DNA from: Squalus acanthias | Taxonomy: Eukaryota | Reading direction: 5' to 3' | NCBI GenBank assembly: GCA_030390025.1 | Contig: CM059429.1 | Coordinates: forward strand, 30,752,001-30,816,000 | Length of the DNA stretch: 64,000 bases | Part shown: in pieces, positions 47,946-60,116 of the stretch | How the letters are laid out: the number at the start of each line of letters is the position of its first letter | How positions within the stretch are numbered: the stretch's first letter is position 1 | Program-made: the position numbers and the translations under genes | Notes under the pieces: generated by a model | Databases searched by the model: none | What the model saw: only the letters and a program-made list of their open reading frames with translations | What the model was told of the DNA's origin: nothing

Positions 47946-48729
47946 AGTAGAGGGAATATGGTATTAAAATCCTCCTGAAGAAACTGCCCAATATGCTCAA
48001 AAGGGTGGTGCACAGGCAGTTCTCCAGTGGAGATCACTGGGAAATAGTCGACTGGGTAACTTGCCATTTTTTAAAATTCCACCCCCCCCCCCCCCCTACA
48101 CTCTCTATGGGGAGGTGTCTTGATCCAACCTCAGCTATTTGACCTTGATGACATCGCAGCTGTGCCCTAACCTGTTCTCATCTGACATCCGTATACACAC
48201 ACCCAGCAGAGATTGCTAGATAGTGATTGGGAGCCAGAACCCAGGCTGATTTCCTTCTCCATAATCCACACACACGAAACTCAATTGTAGCCCTTTGCCA
48301 CTGTTGTGGCTGAGATTAGCTAACCCAGCATAGACCAAGTATTTTAGCTGGGGCCTTCCTGGCCTCTATAGTTCAGTTGCTCACTGCCTGAACTATCAGG
48401 GTATCCTGCGTATGTATTTTCAACTATATCTATTTGATGCAAGTCCATTTTAAAAACAGTCTTTCCAAGAGTTTAAATGACTCCACTCTGGATAAACTTT
48501 GTCTACTATCTATGGAACAAATCTAACCCATGCCTGGTAAAATTGGCAAAGAGCTGATGCTGTCTGAATGCATCATTTGTGCTGTATTATGGACATCAGA
48601 TAACTTGTCTCTGCTTTACAGGGAATCTTGCAGATTATTTTTCAGCATGCTTTCTTGAAATGCAACATTCATTTTTATCTTTTTGGTCTTGTTTGGTTGG
48701 ATTTTATGCTATATCAACTCCTCAGATAA

Positions 48730-49582
48730 TAAAGCAGTCCATGCCCGCATGCAACAAGACCTGGACGACATTCAGGCTTGGGCTGATAAGTGGCAGGTAA
48801 CATTCGTGCCACACAAGTGCCAGGCAATGACTATCTCCAACAAGCGAGAGTCTAACCACCACCCCTTGACATTCAACGGTACTACCATCGCCGAATCTCC
48901 CACCATCAACATCCTAGGGGTCACCATTGACCAGAAACTTAACTGGACCAGCCACATAAATACTGTGGCAACAAGAGCAGGTCAGAGGCTGGGTATTCTG
49001 TGGCGAGTGTCTCACCTCCTGACTCCCCAAAGCCTTTCCACCATCTACAAGGCACAAGTAAGGAGTGTGATGGAATTCTCTCCACTTGCCTGGATGAGTG
49101 CAGCTCCAACAACACTCGAAGCTCGACACCATCCAGGGCAAAGCAGCCCGCTTGATTGGCACCCCATCCACCACCTTAAACATTCACTCCCTCCACCACC
49201 GGCGTACCGTGGCTGCAGTGTGTACCATCTACAAGATGCACTGCAGCAACTCACCAAGGCTTCTTCGGCAGCACCTCCCAAACCCGTGACCTCTACCACC
49301 TAGAAAGACAAGGGCAGCAGGCGCATGGGAACACCATCACCTGCAAGTTCCCCTCCAAGTCTCACACCATCCTGACTTAGAAGTATATCGCCGATCCTTC
49401 ATCGTCGCTGGGTCAAAATCATGGAACTCCCTCCCTAACAGCACTGTGGGAGTACCTTCACCACAAGGACTGCACCGGTTCAAGAAGGTGGCTCACCACC
49501 ACCTTCTCAAGGGTAATTAGGGATGGGCAATAAATGCTGGCCTTGCCAGCGACGCCCACATCCCATAAACGAATACAAAAAA
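48730..49582 (+). mobile_element. 5'-truncated CR1-group LINE (distinct family), sense to PSMD1
   Basis: MQQDLDDIQAWADKWQVTF...KC...ILGVTIDQKLNW...YKAQVRSVME...; 3' UTR ends cccataaacgaatacaaaaa. Confidence 0.85.
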
Positions 49583-49810
49583 TCATGGTTGCTTTTATGA
49601 AAACTGACTTTTACTGGAAGAAGTTGAGAATTGAAAATTCCTGTTTTAAAAAATATTGGTGTCTCCTGTAGCGTGAAGTGTCTTGGTTCCTGAGCCTGAC
49701 AGTAGTAACTATTGAACTAGGCCGTTTCTTCTTTGTTTCACATGATCTACTAGACTTGATTAATATATTTTGTGCTAACTTTTTCCCTTTTTTTTAATTG
49801 CACTTTATAG

Positions 49811-49854
49811 CTGGAATCATTTCTCTTCTGGATGAAAAAGAGCCACAGCTCAAG
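49811..49854 (+). CDS. PSMD1: PSMD1 exon 2
   Basis: AG|...|GTAAGT, 44 nt, (A)GIISLLDEKEPQLK. Confidence 0.95.
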
Positions 49855-50432
49855 GTAAGTGCTTCATCTTCAGAGAAACAATAATGCAAGGCTGAGGTAT
49901 GCTGGGTGGTCTGGGAAACACTGCTGAATGCATCGTCTGCAGCACCATTTATATAAAAGAAGTGTGTCGTCTGTTTTTGAGAATAATGTAAAATGAATGT
50001 AATTATCGTAGGAGTGAAGTCTACATACTTTATAAACTAAAATTAAACTGCTGGAGCCAGAGCACTGCTGAGATAACTGGCAAGACTTCTGAATGTTAAC
50101 TTTAGGGCAGCATTTGGATTGTAATATAATAATTCAGATGCTGTTCTAGCCTTGTGTTTACAAGGTTGAGTCTCTTCACTACCTGTGAATATTGAGGAGC
50201 TTCCTTGGTTACTGACTGAATTAATAGCCGAGTGGCCCTGTATCAGCACATTGTTTCACCTCAGGACGTAATAGTGTTAGTGTGAGACTTTGAAAAGTCT
50301 GCAGCTTGCTTTGCACTCTTAACTGAAGGAGGCAGCATACATTGCACATTGAAATTTAACTTGGTTAGTCATCAAAATTGTACTCTACACCCCTGATTAA
50401 ATATTTAACATTCTTTTTTGTTTCTATTCTAG

Positions 50433-50506
50433 GAGTTTGCTCTGCACAAGCTGAATTCCGTAGTCAATGACTTCTGGGCTGAAATTTCAGAATCTGTGGT
50501 TAAAAT
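50433..50506 (+). CDS. PSMD1: PSMD1 exon 3
   Basis: 74 nt, EFALHKLNSVVNDFWAEISESVVK(I), AG/GTAAGG. Confidence 0.95.
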
Positions 50507-51071
50507 GTAAGGGATTTATAGAATTGCTGTGTACTGTAAAATGAACAATTCCAAATTCCGTGACTTAATTTCTTTTATTAAGAGTATCTTGTGTTTCAGG
50601 GCCCTGTCTGTGAACACTTGTACATCATCTCTGCACTTTGAAAATCACTAGTTTTAGAATGGTATGGTGTATGGGTACTCAAGCTTTCTGTGCCACTTCT
50701 AAAAAGGGTAACCTGTGCACTGTCTGTACATCCATCAGCTGTTAATGGAATATTCAGTCAGTTGGCACAGCCCTCAAACTTAATTGTATGAGAACACTAA
50801 AAAGAGAATAGCTGCTTTGATAATGGTCTTTAGTCGCTGACTCCCATACTGTGGGTCTAAGCAGCCAGAAGCAACAACATAAGTTTTCTCTCATTTGATG
50901 TCACTACTTTGCACTTGAGAACTGGCTAAAATGTCATGGTCATGTGTGAGGATTAGCAAGCATTACAGTGTGCAGCCACTTTGCAGGTAGGCTGGTTGCA
51001 CTATTCACAAATAAATGCAGGGGAGTGGTTCCATTAGCTTGCTCTGCCAAGACTTAGGCAACAATATATAA

Positions 51072-51323
<252 letters not shown>

Positions 51324-52054
51324 TAACTCTTTTCTTGTGAATTATTTCATACGGTTTATTAAAGAGTGTAACACTTCAAATTTGGTATTTAAAGATGCAT
51401 GGTTGGGCCTTGCTTGTGGATCTTTCTGAGATATCTTGAGCCTGCTTTTGAAGTTTTAAAAAACTCTTTGGAGGACTTCAGCCTTGGAAAGAGTATAACC
51501 AAGTTGTCATGGTCTGTTTTTTTTTATCTTCCAACACCTGCTATCCTGGTCGTTGTAATTGTACAAGTTTACTGGTTTAGTTGGTGTGAAATGTACTACA
51601 TTTTAGAGTTGTGAGGCTGTGAAAATCACTTCCAGGGTTCGTGTGACATTCAAGATGAGATTGGATGAAGGAAAAGGGAGTTGAAGGGATATGGGAACAG
51701 GACAGGTAAATGTGATTTATAGGACTATTTACTCGTGGAGGGTAAACACAGACATGGACTGGTTGAGCCAAATGGTCTGTTTCTGTGTTGTAACTTCTAT
51801 GTATTAAAGCCACTCAGTATAGATTTGTGCCCACTGATCTAAAGGATGTTACCTCGGGGAGTAGTATGGTAAAATTTATAATGAATCTTCCACTTCCCTG
51901 CCCCGGTAAATGCACTTGGAATCTATTAAACCACACCAACCATGGGAAAGCTTTTCAAAATGATATTGCCATGTAGTACCAAATTCGGGAAGTTTGTGCT
52001 GTAGGTCCATGCCTGCTAGAAATTGAGTTCATTACCGTTCAAACTCCATTCACA

Positions 52055-52390
52055 ACAGCAACTTGCATTTATATTGCAATATTGCACCTTTACCATTGGA
52101 AAATATCTCGAGGTGCGTCACAAAGGCATGAAGACAAGGGATGCCGATCCAAAGAAGGAGACATAGCTGGGGTGACCAAAAGCTTGGTCAAAGAGGTAGA
52201 TTTTGAGGATTAGAGGAAGGTGGAGGGGTGTAAGGAGGGAATTAAAGAGAGTGGGGCTGAGGTACCTGAAAGCACAGCTGTCAGGAGTAAGACGAATAAA
52301 GTGGGCATGCAAAAGATGTTGGAGTTTGGGAGAGGTTTGTAAGGCTGGAGATGGTTAGAGCGATAGTGTGGGACAAGGCCATAGAGGAAA
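52055..52390 (-). mobile_element. Old L2 3' fragment
   Basis: caacagcaacttgcatttata...ggtgaccaaaagcttggtcaaagagg. Confidence 0.7.
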
Positions 52391-52707
52391 TTACTTTGTA
52401 CTCGATGGACAAAGGAAATTGAACCCAGAGGTGGTGAATGGTATGTTTCTCCATCCAGTTACTGAGCATTCATTTTTCTTTTTTTCCACTTTCGTTGTTT
52501 CCTGGTGAACAATATTCCTCAGATACTTGAGCTTCAGCATTTAATTGTTGGAAGGCAGTACTTTAGTGAGTTTGATGGCCACCATGACATTTCAGTATGG
52601 CTGCAAGAAGGGATTGGCAACTTCAATTCTTTAAGGCATGGCAGTGGGTAGTCTTGACCTGGTTCATGCGACCAATGTTAAATGAGATTGTCATTTCTTT
52701 ACTGTAG

Positions 52708-52913
52708 CGAAGTGCATTGATCATTACACAAAACTTCGAGTTGAAAATAGAGAACTACCTGATGGTGAGGAAAAATCCATTGACCCTCGATTAGAAGGTA
52801 TTGTAAATAAGATGTTCCAACGCTGCTTTGATGACCACAAATACAAACAGGCAATTGGCATTGCTCTCGAGACCAGGCGGCTTGACGTCTTTGAGAAAGT
52901 GATTCTTGAATCC
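52708..52913 (+). CDS. PSMD1: PSMD1 exon 5
   Basis: 206 nt, (A)[13 protein letters not shown]...[38 protein letters not shown], then GTGAGT. Confidence 0.96.
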
Positions 52914-53348
52914 GTGAGTATGCCTTGTTGTAACACTGCCGTTTATGATGTATTCCACTCTTGCTTCTCTCTTTCCACCCCCTCTTTAAAAAGAAACATT
53001 CAAAGGGTAGTTCGGTGTTGGCCTTTACTGTTGTCATAGCTGGCACGGGCTCGACTGGCCGAATGGCCTCCCTCTGTGCTGTAACCATTCTATGAATTAA
53101 TGCTGTAGCTTCAGTTTTAGTAAACCTGTATTGTAGAAGTTTTAAAATAGCGTCACTGGAGGGATGATCTGTTGGTGATGTCGTGTCCCTGTAATTAGTT
53201 AACACATTTTGTTAATTGCAGATGGCATGACACCAATTTATAAGCATTTACATTTTTCTGATAACTCCAGTTTGTTTTAATTCCCATGGAAGCTATTTTT
53301 GCCATATGTTGAGATGCTGGCATACTTAACTCTGCTATTTCTTCACAG

Positions 53349-53492
53349 AATGATATCTCTGGGATGCTTGCGTACAGTGTGAAAGTGTGCATGTCACTGA
53401 TGCAGAATAAACAATTCAGAAATGAAGTCCTGCGTGTTCTGGTCAAACTCTATATGAATCTGGAAAAACCAGATTTCATTAACGTGTGTCAG
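53349..53492 (+). CDS. PSMD1: PSMD1 exon 6
   Basis: 144 nt, [48 protein letters not shown]. Confidence 0.96.
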
Positions 53493-53616
53493 GTAATACC
53501 ATTTTAACCATATATCTATATAAGTCTTGCGTATGGTGCACACTTCCTGTCCACAAACCTTACTTCTGTTTAAGATTTTTGAGTAATGCTTTTATAGCAA
53601 CATTTATAATTGAAAC

Positions 53617-54914
53617 GGTGTTGGACTTCGTCATCGACGTCTGCCCTTGTTGACAGTAGGCTCCCGAGGTATGGAAAATGGTCCACGTTGTCCAAGGCCT
53701 TGTCATGGATTTTGATAATCGGGGGGCAGTACTGTGTGGCGGGGGCAGGTTGGCAGAGGACCTTTGTCTTATGGATGTTTAGTGTAAGGCCCATGCTCTC
53801 TTACGCTTCGGTGAAGGTGTTGACGATGGTTTGGAGTTCGACCTCAGAGTGTGCGCAGACGCAAGTGTCGTCTGCATACTGTATTTCGACGACCGAGGAT
53901 GGGACGACCTTGGATCTGGACCGGAGGCGACGGAGGTTGAACAGTTTCCCGTTTGTTCTGTATATCCACTCCACTCCAGCGAGGAGCTTACTGAGGGTGA
54001 GATGGAGCATTGCAGCAAGGAAGATCGAGAAGAGCGTTGGTGCGATGACACAGCCTTGCTTGACCTGGGTCTGTGGTGGAACCGTTGGTCAGGATCACGG
54101 CTTGCATGTTGTCATGAAGCAGGCGGAGGATGGTGACAAACTTTTGAGGGCAGCCGAATTTGAGGAGGACACTCCATAATCCCTCACGGTTGACAGTGTC
54201 GAAGGCCTTTGTGAGGTCGCCTGAGGAAGAGAGTGTTTGAAGACCAGGACCTCAAACCCGGCACCAAGCTCATGGTCTACAGAGCAGTAGTGATACCCGC
54301 CCTCCTGTATGCCTCAGAGACATGGACCATGTACAGCAGGCACCTCAAAGCACTGGAGAGGTACCACCAACGCTGCCTCCGCAAGATCCTGCAAATCCAT
54401 TGGCAGGATAGGCGAACCAACGTCCGTGTTCTCGCTCAGGCCAACATCCCCAGCATCGAAGCTTTGACCACGGTTGATCAGCTCCGATGAACGGGTCACA
54501 TCGTCCGCATGCCCGATACGAGACTCCCAAAACGAGCGCTCTACTCTGAGCTCCGACATGGCAAGAGAGCCCCAGGTGGGCAGAGGAGACACTTCAAGGC
54601 CACTCTCAAAGCCTCCTTGGAAAAAGTGCAACATCCCCACCGACACCTGGGAATCCCTGGCCCAAGACCGCACAAAGTGGAGGAGAAGCATCCGGGAAGG
54701 CGCCGAACACCTCGAGTCTCTTCGCCGGGAGCAAGCGGAAGCCAAGTGCAAGGAGCGCACGTCAACCCAAGCACCCCACCCACCCGCCCCTTCAACCACC
54801 GTCTGCCCCACCTGTGACAGAGACTGTAGGTCCCGCATTGGACTCATCAGTCACCTGAGAACTCATTTTTAATGTGGAAGCAAGTCATCTGAGGAGCTGC
54901 CGAAGAAGAAGAAG
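53617..54914 (+). mobile_element. RTE-clade LINE with an inverted 5' half
   Basis: Minus segment 54218-53617 (DLTKAFDTVNRE...QYADD...FPYLGS...DEVQHR); plus segment 54215-54914 (GRLRKRVFED...LLYASETW...C-terminal CxxC-H finger); (GAA)n tail; TSD AATTGAAAC. Confidence 0.9.
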
Positions 54915-55414
54915 AATTGAAACTAACCTGTGCAAACTATTGCCTGTCACAATGTAGTTGCAGACTTCCCAGCACTGGTGGTGCTATGGCACCTCCCCAT
55001 TCCTGTCCCCGTTGTTTGGCCTTGGGCTATTCCTGTACCCATCTCTCCTGTTGTGCTAGTTGGAGGCATGCTGTGCAACCAGCGCCACCTGGTGGTTAAG
55101 TCTGACCACCATTTTGTTTTTAAACTTTTTTCCCCTGATGTTCATGCTGACGTTGTGGTGTTCTTAGCAAATGTTCAGTGCAGAGAAGATACATATTTGC
55201 AAATTTGAAGTTATTGTAGATGTAAATTGCATTAAAGAGAAAATTGACATTTAGGAGAGGTAGTATTGAGAATTCAGACTGTTGATTTTAATTACATCTA
55301 AAATCATGACTAAACATTGATAAGCATTTTCCTACAGTGCTAAGTTTGAGTGTTTTAAATGCCAGCAGGTGGCACAGTTGTGCTACTACATATTTCCCTG
55401 AATTGGACCAGTAG

Positions 55415-55714
<300 letters not shown>

Positions 55715-56850
55715 TAAAGTTGCTGTGCACAAAGTCAGAGTGGATACGAGTTTAATTGTATTTTCTGGTAATTGGCTATATATTGATAAACTTGCAGTGA
55801 TTGTTCAGTAACAATGTTGATCTGCATATAGCATGACAAACACTTGAAAGTCCTCCTTTGACTCCTCAAATAAAGTAATGACTAAAAGACAGTCACCTCT
55901 TCCAGATACATTTTCGCTAACTTTAGTGAAAAGGCAGCGTTACCTGCAGAAATACATAATCCGCCTCTGTTTCAGGAAAGTGCTTAAAATGCACAGCATG
56001 TCATGTATGGAACAGGAAGGTAGCCGCTTTGTATTTTTGTTAACAAAACTCTGCCAAGGCAATGACGCTACATTTAGCCTAATGACATTTTTGCAAACAT
56101 CAACATCTGACCAATGTTTCCTTAAGCTGCATAGTGAAAAGACAATTGTTGAGGCCTAGAGAGAATGATTTAGGACCTACATTCAGGGTTTAGAGGCTGT
56201 TGCTTCTGCAGTGTTCCTGAGCTTTTGGAGGTGTTGTACAGTAGCCTGCGTATCACTATTGCATATAAATGGCAGAGTGACTGTTGTCCTACACGAATGT
56301 TGTTGGTACATTTTGAGGTTATATCATTTATATTGTGTTGGAATATGCAATAGAGAAGTGTGTTCTGATTATTTTTCTGTCTATATTCTGTCAAATGCAA
56401 AAGGATCAGATTTGGCTTGGTGATGGCACTCTTGCCTCCTAAATGGGAAAAGTTGTGGCTTTAAACCCTGCTCCAGAACTTGAGCACATTATCTTCCTGT
56501 AGCGATACCATTTATTGTTTAACACTCTTCTCTAGAAGTACAACTGCAATGTATCAGTATTTGAATGTACTGTAATGTTAAAAAAATGAAAAGTTGGGTG
56601 TATTGGAGCATGTTATATTTTATATATCTTCATCTATACATAACTGTACATAGAAATGGGAGACTAATGTAGTCCATAGCGGAAACCCAGAGCTAAAAAC
56701 TCAAGACTGTTACTTCCCTTTTATAGCTGAGCTTTGAATGAAGCTAACCAAGAAGAGAGATTATTTAAACTTAAATAGATAAATTGGTTTTTTTAATGGT
56801 CAAGCTGCTGATATTTCTCTGATAACTAATATTTTGAATTCTATCTCCAG

Positions 56851-56917
56851 TGAAGCTATGGAGACGGAGGAAAAATTGGGAAGCTCTCCAGTAGCATCCG
56901 TGAAACCAACAGAATTG
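56851..56917 (+). CDS. PSMD1: PSMD1 exon 8
   Basis: ctccAG|...|GTGAGA, 67 nt, phase 2-0, (S)EAMETEEKLGSSPVASVKPTEL. Confidence 0.88.
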
Positions 56918-58649
56918 GTGAGAGGATAAAGAGGACTGTACTGTGTTTCTCCCCCACCCCTTCCTTTCTATTTACCCATTGTGGGATCTTGCTCTGCCAT
57001 ATGATTCCTCCAAGCAAGATGATTTGTCTGAGGCCTCATGCAGTGCCAATTTGTAGCAAGCTGCTGGGTGATGCACAGTAGTAATTTAGAATCACTGGCT
57101 TTCTGTTTTTGTCTAAAGGGAAATGCTTGGTGTCATGTTTCAGGATATTGTGATCATTTTTCCAAAGAAAGGATTTGAAAATTAGTTACTTTTTCATGTT
57201 TCTTTCAGTAAAGCATATTCATGTTTACTTTAAAAAAGCACTGAGATGAAAGATGGTTTATTATGCCAAATGGGAGTTGTTTTCCCTCCGAGACTAAGCA
57301 AAAAATTGTTAGTTTGTCTGTGTAATCAAGCAACACCTCACACCATTTGTGTTGGAAATTCCTCTGGTCCCTGTCTGTGCCTGCATCTCTCTTTTAAAAA
57401 AAAACTCTCAATGAAGGCTACAAAGGCAGTCATGTTTGTTAAAGGGAAAGCTGAGAGTGGTCTTGCTGAGATGAAAAGGTTAGAAATACTGGCAGATAGT
57501 TAGAAGCCACCTTGTTTATGTCAAGTAAGACGACCCATTGATGTGGGCTAGCGTACTTTGCTATTGTGCAAAGATAGGTAGTATGGATTGAATTAAGTAA
57601 GTCCGGTGCAATAAAGTAGCTTATTGATTGGTATCAAGCCTCGTCTTACCAAGTGTTTGCTCGGTACGCCTTTGGAGAGATTGAAGAAGCATTTGCAAAG
57701 GACGAGATTAGCCAGTTCAGATCTCAAGGGGATGCTTTTGTTATGTCGTTGGGTTACACAATCATACAAGTAGATATAGGGTAGCGTCAGTCAACTCCCA
57801 TGAAAGAATCCGATCACTTATAGGAACGACTGACACCACCGAACCTGGGAAGGTATCTGTGGCTGACCTGCATTTGTAACACTTGGACTCCATTTGCTTT
57901 TTGCCCATGAAAATTTGATATGACACTGGATTTGGAACTGGAAGCTGTGTGTGGAGAATTGTGGGCACAGACCCACATCCTATGACTAGCATTCATTAGG
58001 GGAGGGTTTTGTTTTTGATGTGACCACTGACCAATTTAGGAAACCACTAATAAAAAGTTCCTATCTTGTCATTGAATCTGTACTCAATCAATATGTGTGC
58101 TGCTATGGATGGAGGTTGAGGGAGCAAATGCCGATAATTTCCTGAGATGGGGGATTTTTCTTTGTTTCTCTAGCTAACTACAAAGTAAAATATGCAAAAT
58201 AGTTTATGTTCTAATAAGATGTCTTGTATTTTGTACAATGCAACTAGTGTTAGTTAGCTAACATTTATTGGCAAGATTTTAGAAATGTACAAAACTGGCC
58301 CAATGCAGAGATTCAAACAGGTGGAGTTTTTTAAATCTGCAGTCTTTTTTTAAATGGCGCTCGTGGCATTGGAACCTCCCCACCTGCCCTCATATTTTTT
58401 GTGTCCAAGAGGGGAAAGATTAATCTTCAAAACAGGGTAGGGAGGCACTGTTTTAGTATGAGAGCCAGAGTGTTTTGGTAGGGGAGGGGGGAAATGAGTG
58501 GGTAAAAGGAAATAGGGCTCTGATGTGAACTTGTGGGAGAAAAAAAAATGTTGGTTCTATAATTTTGCTTTATAATACACGTGAACTGTAAATGTGTAGA
58601 ATCTCTAAAGGATGTTTGGTAGTCAGAGGTTTTATATTTTATTTTTCAG

Positions 58650-58787
58650 ACTTCAGAGTCCAAGGCCTTGCAGGATCAGAACACAAAAATGATAAAAATA
58701 CTAAGTGGTGAAATGTCTATTGAGTTGCATTTACAGTTTTTAATACGAAACAATAACACAGATCTTATGATATTAAAGAACACAAAG
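58650..58787 (+). CDS. PSMD1: PSMD1 exon 9
   Basis: 138 nt, [46 protein letters not shown], then GTAAGA. Confidence 0.93.
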
Positions 58788-58871
58788 GTAAGAGACTGCA
58801 GCTAACTTTGATTTTAGAATTTGAGTCGTCACTTTTGTAACATAACTTATGAAAATTTATCTATTTGCTAG

Positions 58872-58961
<90 letters not shown>

Positions 58962-59592
58962 TAAATCAAAATGCAGTGTAAGTTTTATTTGTGAAGTAAT
59001 GATATTCAACAAAAAATAGTTTTGCAAGGACAATAGTAACAGATGAGTCTTCCCTTCAATCCATGGATAATAGTGTTGCGAAATTCTTAACGTATTCTTG
59101 TGGGGTAGAAAAACATGCCGTGGGTTAGAGGGCAGTTTGCGTGAGACTATTATTTTGCTTTGGAAGGTATCTTGATGAGCAGTGCAATATGCTGTCAATT
59201 ACAGGTTGTGAAAAATCTGGCAGAATGAAAACTATTCCATATTTTGTTTGTCGTTCTTGTATGTTTTTATACCTGCCTTGTCAAACTGGAATTCACCAGG
59301 ACAGTGTTGGTATTGTTTTTCTTTTGTTTTTCACTTTGCCGAAATGAATTGCGGCTTCAGATAAAGTGGCCCCCCAATGGCTGAGAGTTTACCTGGTGAG
59401 CAGTTGAACCGTACAGACTGGGACTAACCCAGGTTTGATTCCTAGTCTGCTGAGTTGGCTTATCTCGAGTGTGGCAAGCCAGGTACTACAGTTAATTTCT
59501 GCACCTGTGGGTTAGGGAGGAGAAAGAACAAGTGAAAATAATCCAGAAGTGACAATAAATAAATACATTGCATGGTATTTTTTTTTAGGATG

Positions 59593-59827
59593 TGACTGCT
59601 GCCAACGAACCGGAAGCTGCGTAGAAGCATTCTGCGCATGCGGACTTCCGGCTCGTTCAAAAAACTTTTTAAATGCCGGGGAGGGAGCGGACTCTGGGGG
59701 GAAAAATGCCGGGGTGGAAGCGGGCTCGTTTTAAAAAAACAAACCAGAAACAACCTTCCGGTCGTTTGAGCTTCCAGATTAATACGCAGTATGCGTCTGT
59801 GCAGCTTCCGGTCGTTGGCAGCAGTCA
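59593..59827. mobile_element. Small MITE-like element with about 43-bp TIRs (superfamily uncertain)
   Basis: tgactgctgccaacgaaccggaagctgcgtagaagcattctgcg versus cgcagtatgcgtctgtgcagcttccggtcgttggcagcagtca; no clear TSD. Confidence 0.75.
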
Positions 59828-59866
59828 TTCCATTTTTTAAAAACGAAGCATCAGATTCACAATTGA

Positions 59867-60022
<156 letters not shown>

Positions 60023-60074
60023 TAAATTGTGCTCTGAGCTATTTGTTTCATTTTTATCTTAACCAGAGCATCAC

Positions 60075-60079
<5 letters not shown>

Positions 60080-60112
<33 letters not shown>
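60080..60112. repeat. (CT)n microsatellite
   Basis: Directly visible. Confidence 0.9.
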
Positions 60113-60116
<4 letters not shown>

